From a bacterium (GTDB taxonomy: Bacteria; Patescibacteriota; Microgenomatia; Levybacterales; UBA12049), in assembly GCA_030698775.1 (NCBI GenBank), contig JAUYMJ010000028.1, positions 1 through 61,106 of the forward strand: a stretch of 61,106 nucleotides of DNA. Reading direction: 5' to 3'. This document shows, in pieces, positions 1-6,695 of the stretch (position 1 is the first letter of the stretch; every line of letters starts with the position of its first letter). The position numbers and the translations under genes are program-made. Below the pieces are notes generated by a model, which had not been told where the DNA came from, searched no databases, and saw only the letters and a list, made by a program, of their open reading frames with translations.

Positions 1-384
1 TTTTCCAATCAGTTTCTTGCAAGTTTGTATCCTGAGACGCCAAACAATATCGACGGCTTTCTCAGATTGGCGACGAGCAACGGTTTAGATATGGTGGCGA
101 TTCAAGGAAAGCTCAACAAGGACTTGTACGCGTTACTCTCATTTGTCCAGTGGTACCGCAACCAAAGGTTTGATGAGTATGACCCGTATCCGGAAACGGT
201 GCTGGTACGTGACTTTCTTGAGAAGTTCTCAGCCGCGGCAAATCTTATCAGAGAGATGAAAGACATGGGTTATAAGGTCAATAATCTCGCTGAACTTTTT
301 GTCGGGATGGCAAAAAGTGCCGAAAGTATTGGGCTACGTAAGAGAGCACCAGTACAAGAGGGAAAGGAGAACGCGTCGTCATGA
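1..384 (+). CDS. hypothetical protein, 5' end off-window
   Basis: ORF track 25..384. The same frame has no stop back to nt 1. Its stop overlaps the next ATG (ATGA at 381-384). Confidence 0.5.
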   Translation, partial: FSNQFLASLYPETPNNIDGFLRLATSNGLDMVAIQGKLNKDLYALLSFVQWYRNQRFDEYDPYPETVLVRDFLEKFSAAANLIREMKDMGYKVNNLAELFVGMAKSAESIGLRKRAPVQEGKENASS

Positions 385-497
385 CAATCATGATCTGCGG
401 GTCGATGGCATTTGTTACAAGAATTTTATCAGAAGAAGGATGGGTGCAGTCTTCGGATGTTGAAGCACTCATGTCCCGTTCCTGCGAAAGATACTGA
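381..497 (+). pseudogene. 38-codon N-terminal remnant of an NDT-like gene, paralogous to the start of 1119..1541
   Basis: My translation is MTIMICGSMAFVTRILSEEGWVQSSDVEALMSRSCERY*. The first 34 nt match 1119-1152 at 30/34. It is below the ORF-track size cutoff. Confidence 0.55.
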
Positions 498-507
498 GTG
501 TCTTGAT

Positions 508-540
508 GTATAGTACTACATAGTATTATACTTTAGGGAG
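508..540 (+). promoter_or_regulatory. operator/promoter-like box with tandem TAGTACTA palindromes and an SD, 5 nt before the yerC-like ATG
   Basis: Sequence is GTATAGTACTACATAGTATTATACTTTAGGGAG. TAGTACTA is self-complementary. A near-identical copy lies at 1050-1082. Confidence 0.45.
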
Positions 541-545
541 ATTTC

Positions 546-1055
546 ATGAGATCCAGAAAACTTTCCGTTGCTGAGCAAGAGTCAATAGTCACTGATCTTG
601 TTTCTGCAATTATCCAGGCAAAAAACATTGAACAAGCTTCTTTGTTTATCCAAGATCTTCTGACGAGACAGGAGTTAGAGAATCTTGCCAAGAGACTTCG
701 TATCGCGAAATTGCTTCTGCAAGGAAAAACGTATGAAGAGATAGAGCAGCTCGCTCACACAAGTCACGGAACGATTGCTAAAATCGCTATATGGTTAGCG
801 GAGCGTGGGGAGGGATTCCGGAGCGTTATTAGTAAACTCCCACAAGAAAAAGTACGAGTAAAAGAACTTTCAGATTGGGATAGGTTGAAACGAAAATACC
901 CGATGTATTTTTGGCCAGAACTTCTCTTGGAGGAAGTAATACAATCTGCTAACAGCAAGCAGAAACAGAAGATAAGAAATGTGCTAAAAAACCTCGATGA
1001 GAAGAGCGAGATGCATAAGAAAATTGAGCAACTTTTGCTTAGTCGCAAAGTATAG
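546..1055 (+). CDS. TrpR-like YerC/YecD family DNA-binding protein with a C-terminal extension
   Basis: LLTRQELENLAKRLRIAKLLLQGKTYEEIEQLAHTSHGTIAKI matches the YerC/TrpR HTH pattern. The SD GGGAG lies upstream. Confidence 0.75.
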   Translation: MRSRKLSVAEQESIVTDLVSAIIQAKNIEQASLFIQDLLTRQELENLAKRLRIAKLLLQGKTYEEIEQLAHTSHGTIAKIAIWLAERGEGFRSVISKLPQEKVRVKELSDWDRLKRKYPMYFWPELLLEEVIQSANSKQKQKIRNVLKNLDEKSEMHKKIEQLLLSRKV

Positions 1056-1082
1056 TACTACATAGTACTAGAGTATAGGGAG
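1050..1082 (+). promoter_or_regulatory. second copy of the TAGTACTA-CA-TAGTACTA box, overlapping the yerC-like stop and upstream of the NDT-like gene
   Basis: GTATAGTACTACATAGTACTAGAGTATAGGGAG is a direct repeat of 508-540. Confidence 0.45.
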
Positions 1083-1118
1083 GTTACGGTTTTTAGAGAA
1101 AAGGTCGATTAGGGATTT

Positions 1119-1541
1119 ATGAATATCATGATTTGTGGGTCGATGGCATTTGCGAGGCAGATGCTTGCGACAAAGAAGAAATTAGAAGCGATGGGGCATA
1201 TGGTCAATGTGCCGCATGATACTGATGTCCATGTTGCCGATGAGAAGCTTGTAGACGATTTAGACCGCAACTTAGTCCACGCAAAGGAGAGGGATTTGAT
1301 GATGCAAAGCTTCAAACTCGTTGCTCAATCCGACGCAATTTTAGTTCTGAATTACAAGAGAAAGGGGATAGAGGGCTATATCGGTACATCTGCACTGATG
1401 GAGATAGGCCTCGCGTATTATCTCGGAAAGAAAATTTTTCTCCTCAACGACGTACCTCATTATGCTACAGTCCGCTGGGCACACGAGATTCGGCTTATTG
1501 ATCCAGTGATTCTCAATGGGGATTTATCAAAAATTTCCTAA
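1119..1541 (+). CDS. nucleoside 2-deoxyribosyltransferase-like superfamily protein
   Basis: N-terminal MICGSMAF and C-terminal DAILVLNY..GYIGTSALMEIGLAYYLGKKIFLL are typical of the NDT/DUF4406-like fold. Confidence 0.55.
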   Translation: MNIMICGSMAFARQMLATKKKLEAMGHMVNVPHDTDVHVADEKLVDDLDRNLVHAKERDLMMQSFKLVAQSDAILVLNYKRKGIEGYIGTSALMEIGLAYYLGKKIFLLNDVPHYATVRWAHEIRLIDPVILNGDLSKIS

Positions 1542-2023
1542 TGAGATGCTGCCGGAAGAGGTCGACCTACGAGGGCGAAATGAGCTTCGTTGAGGAGCTT
1601 ACCCATTTTGCCTGCTGCCTCAGCTCCAATTAAAGGTTCTTTATCTGGATCTGGCACAAAACCGGAAAGACCTGTTGCGATTCCCAGATGCTGCTGAAAG
1701 GAAGCGTACGACTGAATTGTTAGATGTGCTGTCACTCGTTCTACCCGATCATACAATCCTTCCGGATATCGTTTGTCTACCCAGAGGCGTTTTTCCGAAT
1801 TCCAGAATGAATACACAGCGTCAGGAGCCACGATTCTATTTTCAATTGTGTGTTCGGAGAGGATCATCATTGCACCCCTAAAATCTAAGAATAGCTCTGC
1901 ATTCGATTTTGGCTTCGGGGTTTCCTGACGCGTGGGTAGATAAATCACTTTTCTTTCGTCGCCTAACTGAGTGGGTGAAAAGGATTCTCCTTCAAATCGT
2001 GCTGCCGGCGATACCATAGTCAA
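1538..2023 (-). CDS. hypothetical protein
   Basis: 161-aa ORF with no recognisable motif. It is convergent with the NDT-like gene. Confidence 0.5.
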   Translation of the reverse strand: MTMVSPAARFEGESFSPTQLGDERKVIYLPTRQETPKPKSNAELFLDFRGAMMILSEHTIENRIVAPDAVYSFWNSEKRLWVDKRYPEGLYDRVERVTAHLTIQSYASFQQHLGIATGLSGFVPDPDKEPLIGAEAAGKMGKLLNEAHFALVGRPLPAASH

Positions 2024-2040
2024 TAGTTAGTAAAACTCCA

Positions 2041-2508
2041 TTACGCGGCTTTTTGCTCCTCAAAAACCGGTACAGGGAGGGTCTGGATTGCTGCGGGTTG
2101 CGGTCTTTCTGCAAGAAGTTTGCTTCTTGCTTCTTCTACAACTATTTCTCTCCCCTTTAAAAAAGTGTTTACGTCATGTCTGGCATAGTTGTCATTTTCA
2201 TGATGATCAAACGGATCAGTTGTTTCCTGTTTGTGGACGATGTCTAATCTCGCTTTCGAGCCGAATCCATTGGGAGAAACATCCATTATTTTTGTATGTA
2301 CGAACAACCCTCCACCACCTTGTCGGAACGCGTCTGCCGTATGAGTGAGGATAAAGACACCAGCTCTTGCGTCATACCTGAATTCTGAGGGAGGTAGCGT
2401 TGAAGCAAGATCTATAGCTCTAGCAAAAAAACTTAATGCAACTTGCTGAGTTTCTGATAGTACGGGAGAGGTAGAGGGTGCTTGTGATGTTGGGTTTTCT
2501 ACTGGCAC
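2041..2508 (-). CDS. hypothetical protein (GTG start)
   Basis: 155-aa ORF. The minus-strand promoter TTGACA-17-TATTCT lies just upstream. Confidence 0.5.
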   Translation of the reverse strand: MPVENPTSQAPSTSPVLSETQQVALSFFARAIDLASTLPPSEFRYDARAGVFILTHTADAFRQGGGGLFVHTKIMDVSPNGFGSKARLDIVHKQETTDPFDHHENDNYARHDVNTFLKGREIVVEEARSKLLAERPQPAAIQTLPVPVFEEQKAA

Positions 2509-2517
2509 TTCATCATG

Positions 2518-2546
2518 AGAATACTGCGTGATCAGGTTTTTGTCAA
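2518..2546 (-). promoter_or_regulatory. sigma70-like promoter for 2041..2508
   Basis: On the minus strand: TTGACA (2541-2546), 17-nt spacer, TATTCT (2518-2523). Confidence 0.5.
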
Positions 2547-2620
2547 GGAGGTGTCAGGGGATATTCGTGTAATTTTTTTACGCAAAAATGGTAAGAAACC
2601 TGTATGAGTTTATTTTCTTA

Positions 2621-2649
2621 TTGCGTCTCCATGTGTGATAGCTTAGTAT
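2621..2649 (+). promoter_or_regulatory. promoter for gnd, leaderless layout
   Basis: TTGCGT-17-TAGTAT, then 7 nt to ATG 2657. Confidence 0.5.
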
Positions 2650-2770
2650 AAGCAGTATGCAACTAGGATTTTTGGGCTTTGGCAAGATGGGATCACGGAT
2701 GGTCACGAAATTGGTGAGTGAAGGCCATGATGTTATCGGTTGGAATCGTTCTCCACAGGCAGTTGAGGAT

Positions 2771-2791
2771 CTCAAATCTCAAATCTCAAAT
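2771..2791 (+). repeat. (CTCAAAT)x3 tandem heptanucleotide repeat inside gnd
   Basis: Read directly: gat ctcaaat ctcaaat ctcaaat cca. Frame arithmetic shows 1 or 4 units would keep gnd in frame, while 2 or 3 do not. Confidence 0.9.
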
Positions 2792-3525
2792 CCACATCGC
2801 AAAGCTTAAAGATTGCAGAATCAATCCAGGAGTTGGTTCAACAACTAGAAAAACCGCGAATCATCTGGCTTATGCTTCCTGCAGGTTCTGCAACGCAGAA
2901 TATTCTTGATGAAGTCATTAAATACGTTGAGCCGGGGGATATTGTCATAGACGGAGGCAATGCACACTTTAATGACACAGAGAGACGGAGCAAAGCGTTA
3001 AGCGCAAGAGGTATTGGATTTTTGGGGATTGGGGTGAGTGGCGGGATTTTGGCTTTGGAAAATGGATATCCATTGATGGTTGGGGGCGACAAAAGCGCAT
3101 ATGAGTCTATCACCCCTTTGCTTGATAGTTTGGCCAAACCAAACGGGGGACATCAGTATTTTGGTACAGGCGGGGCAGGACATTTTGTGAAGATGGTCCA
3201 TAACGGTATTGAGTATGGAATGATGCAGGCAATCGGTGAAGGGTTTGGAGTACTACAAAAATCTCCTTATAACTTTGATCTTCTCCAAGTAGCCAAGCTC
3301 TACCAAAAAAGGACGATTGTTTCAGGATTCCTGACGGACCGTGCGGCAGACGCACTCGAAAAGGACAATAAGCTGTCGAACATTGATGGTGTTATAGCAA
3401 CGAGCGGTGAGGGAGAGTGGACTGTCGAGCAGGCGAAAAAAGAAGCTGTGGAGGTTAAAAATATCGGACAGTCACTTGAGTTTCGCCGCCGTTCACAGAC
3501 GGATCCTGAGGTCGCAAAGACATTT

Positions 3526-3571
3526 GCCGCCAAAATGGTTTCAGCCCTCCGCCACGAATTCGGGGGACACG
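3526..3571 (+). repeat. direct repeat copy 1 (gnd 3' end)
   Basis: A 46-nt stretch, gccgccaaaatggtttcagccctccgccacgaattcgggggacacg, recurs at 5189-5234 with 2 mismatches. Confidence 0.9.
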
Positions 3572-3648
3572 AGGTGAAGAAGAAATAGTTTTCCCTTATG
3601 TAATGCTTACGCTTGCGCTTTTCAAAGATAAGGATACAATGCAAGCGC

Positions 3649-4197
3649 ATGTCAAATGGTGAGTCTCCAGTTTTTGATATTTCATGTGTGTTTCCAGCAG
3701 ATCTGCGGGTTGGCCAGGCGACAAAGGATTTCGTTTCAGCATTACCTGAATCAGAGCAGCAGCAAATCATTGCTGAAATGCGAAGAGGGAGAGAACTCCT
3801 CACGCAAGCACAGATTCCTGACATATTATATGAATTCTATCGTGGTCAGCTCTTCCTTGCTTTTCCGAATGTTTTGATTGCTCACATCGACCCAACACCG
3901 TCTCACCGTATCTTTGCTTTTGATGGAGAAAATGGGAAAGATGAGGTGTCTACGCTTAGCCATATTGATTTATTCTGGCAAACAAGGGGGCAGGAAGGTC
4001 AAGGGAGAGCAAGTGTCGCAGTGATTAATGCATCACAGATCGGCGTTTTTGTTGATAATAGGCATGCCGACGACTTCGATGGTGATAGGTCTTCTCGGTC
4101 GTATGGAGCCAATTATTGCTGCCGCAGAAGGCACAGTTACACGAACACAGTCTCTAGCAGCTCAGGTAAACACACTTTTGGCGCGGGAGTTGACTGA
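3649..4197 (+). CDS. hypothetical protein, paralog of 5321..5932; possibly frameshifted near 4090
   Basis: The ORF-track frame is 3613..4197, and ATG 3649 is more likely the start. It shares QIPDILYEFYR and VAVINASQIGVFVD patterns with 5321..5932. A protein-like continuation lies in the frame of 4028..4240. Confidence 0.5.
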   Translation: MSNGESPVFDISCVFPADLRVGQATKDFVSALPESEQQQIIAEMRRGRELLTQAQIPDILYEFYRGQLFLAFPNVLIAHIDPTPSHRIFAFDGENGKDEVSTLSHIDLFWQTRGQEGQGRASVAVINASQIGVFVDNRHADDFDGDRSSRSYGANYCCRRRHSYTNTVSSSSGKHTFGAGVD

Positions 4198-4313
4198 CCT
4201 CCAGGAGCGTTTACCCTTTGTCACTCCGTTCGCCGCGTAAAGTTTCTGCGCGAGAACAGGCTTGCATTTTTCTATACAGAAGAGTTACTATTTGCCTGAG
4301 GTAGTGTTTTCTC

Positions 4314-4991
4314 ATGTTAGCTCTCCACGAACAGCCGCAATCAAAGATCGTCCTAACTCAGCAATCGTTTGAGTTGCCATTCGTCTCTCCGGATATTGAT
4401 GCTGAGATTGATAACCTGGATATAGCCGGTGACAAGGAAGCAATAAAGCAAGATCTAAAAAGAAAGATTGAGATAGGATCAGCTGTTCTCCATGCAGTTG
4501 AACCTGGAGAAATGCTCGATGAGATAAATTTGAGAGGGTTAGGTGGTATTGCAAGAATTGAAGGACGGGTGGAATTAATTCCTCATTTCACAAAGAGAGA
4601 TGAAGCGGAAAGTAACAAAATCTGTGACAGAGTAGCAACAGTATCCTCAGTCTCATTGTTATACGATGCAGGTTATTCTATAAGAGACGGGCCATTATAC
4701 GGTCGTGTTGCGGTTGCTATGACGAGCGATGGTGATTGGGGATTTGTTACTAGTGTAAGCAACAATGAAAAGCAGAATGCAGATGAGGATAAAACCGGTT
4801 TACAACGTGAGTTACAAGCATCTCCTCTTGCAAAAATCGGAAATGCCCGTTTTCTAGGAGACATGGTAGATATAGCTGTTCTCATAAATGGAAAATTGGA
4901 GTTTGGTCCAAGAGCAATTGATGCATTAAGATTACGAACTCAGCTAGAAATTAGAGATTTTATGGAAGAAACTCCGCCTCTTGTTGCATAG
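4314..4991 (+). CDS. hypothetical protein
   Basis: 225-aa ORF with no recognisable motif. Confidence 0.5.
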   Translation: MLALHEQPQSKIVLTQQSFELPFVSPDIDAEIDNLDIAGDKEAIKQDLKRKIEIGSAVLHAVEPGEMLDEINLRGLGGIARIEGRVELIPHFTKRDEAESNKICDRVATVSSVSLLYDAGYSIRDGPLYGRVAVAMTSDGDWGFVTSVSNNEKQNADEDKTGLQRELQASPLAKIGNARFLGDMVDIAVLINGKLEFGPRAIDALRLRTQLEIRDFMEETPPLVA

Positions 4992-5179
4992 TCTCTCTTT
5001 ATAGTTTTTGGACTTGAACCTTCCAAGAGCTATGCCTAGTTCTATTGCTGCTTTCAGAAGTAATAACCAGTACTGTCGAGATGCAGAATGGGATTTTTAT
5101 AATCTGTTAAGCGATCCCAGAGAAGCGCTGTAATTTTCATGAATAGAGACTATAATTATTCAAGAATATTTTTAATAAA

Positions 5180-5314
5180 ATGAAAGAGGCCGCCAAAATG
5201 GTGGCAGCCCTCCGCCACGAATTCGGGGGACACGCCGTGTCAAATGTCGGCTCGCATCGCCAAAGCGTGAGCGAGGCAAGCGATGCAAGACATGATGTGA
5301 AGAAGAAAGACTAG
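5180..5314 (+). pseudogene. 44-codon fragment duplicating the gnd C-terminus (contains direct repeat copy 2, 5189-5234)
   Basis: My translation is MKEAAKMVAALRHEFGGHAVSNVGSHRQSVSEASDARHDVKKKD*. The gnd end reads AAKMVSALRHEFGGHEVKKK*. Confidence 0.6.
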
Positions 5315-5320
5315 GGATAT

Positions 5321-5932
5321 ATGGCACTTTCGGAGGTTGGTGGTGTTTTGTCTGCTCAGGATCCGTCTATTGGTCATGAAGTTGCAGACCTTAATCGTAG
5401 GGTTGATAAATTTCACGGACAAATCGTTCGTGGCAACCTCTTCTTATCTCAACTGAATATTCCCTCCATGTTAGAGTGGTATCGAGCGAAATACAACATA
5501 GAAGACAGTCAATTGGATTGCCCTACGGATATTTCGCCAGAAAAAGTAAGGCATGACACACAAATAAGTGTTCAGCCTGTAGCCTCAGCGTTTCGTTTGA
5601 CCTGGAGACCTAAAAGCCTCGAGGAAGACCGGCAGAGGAGCCTGTATGTTGGAATTGCAAATCTCAACAGGTTCGGAGCCTTTCAGGTAGATGAGGGGCG
5701 TGGGGAAACTCCTGATATAAACGATCTTCACGAGGCTTTATTGGAAGCAACGTTCATTGAGTTTGGAACATTTTCCGGGAGAACAGATGTCTTTTATAGC
5801 CCGGTTCTTCCCAGTCAGGATTGTTTTGGTACTCCGGCCCAGCTCGCAGATGTAACAAGTCTTGTAAAGGTTCGGCTGGAAGGGTGGACAGGGATTACCC
5901 ACGTTCCATTAAAACAAAAAGTGCGCTATTGA
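5321..5932 (+). CDS. hypothetical protein, paralog of 3649..4197
   Basis: 203-aa ORF with SD AGGGA upstream. It shares LNIPSMLEWYR and VGIANLNRFGAFQVD with the paralog. Confidence 0.55.
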   Translation: MALSEVGGVLSAQDPSIGHEVADLNRRVDKFHGQIVRGNLFLSQLNIPSMLEWYRAKYNIEDSQLDCPTDISPEKVRHDTQISVQPVASAFRLTWRPKSLEEDRQRSLYVGIANLNRFGAFQVDEGRGETPDINDLHEALLEATFIEFGTFSGRTDVFYSPVLPSQDCFGTPAQLADVTSLVKVRLEGWTGITHVPLKQKVRY

Positions 5933-5957
5933 CTTGTCTGGTCGTTCCTTGTAAAAT
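5929..5957 (+). promoter_or_regulatory. promoter of the T-box leader
   Basis: TTGACT-17-TAAAAT. Confidence 0.55.
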
Positions 5958-5964
5958 AACTTGA

Positions 5965-6165
5965 AAGCGTTTGAGTCTGGTTTCCCGCCGGACGATGCAG
6001 AGCACGATGAGTGCGACGGAAGCTTGACCGTTAAACAGAGCATCCGATGTTTTCGTGAGTCGGAAGCAAGGTTTAATTAGTAATAATTAAACGAAACAAG
6101 GTGGTACCACGCGAGATGCGTCCTTGAAGAAATTCAATAATGAATTTCTTGAGGGCGGTTTTTTA
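5965..6165 (+). promoter_or_regulatory. T-box riboswitch leader
   Basis: The conserved T-box sequence aaacaaGGTGGTACCACGCGag lies at 6094-6115. It is preceded by the Stem III-like hairpin gtttaattagtaataattaaac and followed by a terminator hairpin plus a T-run. Confidence 0.8.
6122..6164 (+). terminator. intrinsic terminator of the T-box leader
   Basis: ccttgaagaaattca / tgaatttcttgaggg stem followed by TTTTTT (6159-6164). Confidence 0.75.
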
Positions 6166-6241
6166 TGGGTTTGACCTCACCCTAGGTCGCTAAAGCGACC
6201 AATCCCTCTCCTGCAAGAGGAGAAGGGTAAGAGGAAAATTT

Positions 6242-6574
6242 ATGATTAGTTACGATGATTTTTCGAAAGTAGATATTAGGGTTGGGAAAGTGATTGAAGT
6301 ACTGGATTTTCCTGAAGCGAGGAAGCCTGCTTACAAATTGACGATTGATTTCGGTCCTGAAATTGGGATGAAGAAATCTTCGGTGCAGATTGTTGCCAAT
6401 TATACCAAGGAAGAATTACTCGGTACTCAAGTCATAGGCGTCGTCAATTTCCCGCCAAAACAAATCGGCCCGTTTATTTCCGAGGTTTTGACACTAGGTG
6501 TTGCAGATGAAGCGGGAAATGTTGTTTTACTCAGGCCTACTAAAGAAGCGAAGGTGGGAAGCAAAATGTTCTAA
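6242..6574 (+). CDS. csaA: CsaA-like tRNA-binding domain protein (OB fold)
   Basis: FSKVDIRVGKVIEV..KLTIDFG..VIGVVNFPPKQIGPFISEVL is typical of the CsaA / MetRS C-terminal tRNA-binding domain. SD AGAGGA lies upstream. Confidence 0.8.
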   Translation: MISYDDFSKVDIRVGKVIEVLDFPEARKPAYKLTIDFGPEIGMKKSSVQIVANYTKEELLGTQVIGVVNFPPKQIGPFISEVLTLGVADEAGNVVLLRPTKEAKVGSKMF

Positions 6575-6577
6575 GTT

Positions 6578-6677
6578 GTCATTGCGAACCCTTTAGGGTG
6601 AGGCAATCTCATACGAAAATCAGCTTCTTGTGAAAATTTATAAGAGATTGCTTCGTCACTTTGTTCCTCGCAATGAC
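6578..6677. repeat. 100-nt imperfect inverted repeat (long hairpin) between csaA-like and proS
   Basis: gtcattgcga (6578-6587) pairs with tcgcaatgac (6668-6677). The inner arms are ggcaatctc / gagattgc. Confidence 0.7.
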
Positions 6678-6695
6678 ATCTGATATAGTACAAAT

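Larger units (their letters stand above)
2657..3588 (+). pseudogene. gnd: 6-phosphogluconate dehydrogenase-like (short YqeC/Gnd type), frameshifted at a heptamer repeat
   Basis: The Rossmann N-terminus MQLGFLGFGKMGSRM starts at ATG 2657 and hits TAA at 2807-2809. The rest is in another frame (ORF track 2833..3588) and carries DGGNAHF, GIGVSGG and HFVKMVHNGIEYG. Confidence 0.8.

Noticed and set aside
4028-4240. ORF 4028..4240 as an independent 70-aa gene.
   Set aside because: It overlaps 3649..4197 almost completely in another frame and lacks start context. It is better explained as the displaced C-terminal frame of the same gene.
3572-5188. Calling the 1.6-kb insert, or the yerC cassette at 416-1118, a mobile element.
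   Set aside because: No integrase, transposase, or terminal inverted repeats typical of IS elements are visible. Only the duplication itself is supportable, so it is reported as a finding and not as a mobile_element feature.
3526-5234. The gnd-tail direct repeats as a template/variable repeat pair of a diversity-generating retroelement.
   Set aside because: There is no reverse transcriptase in the window. Only 2 mismatches are present, and they are not adenine-specific. The repeat lies in a conserved enzyme C-terminus.
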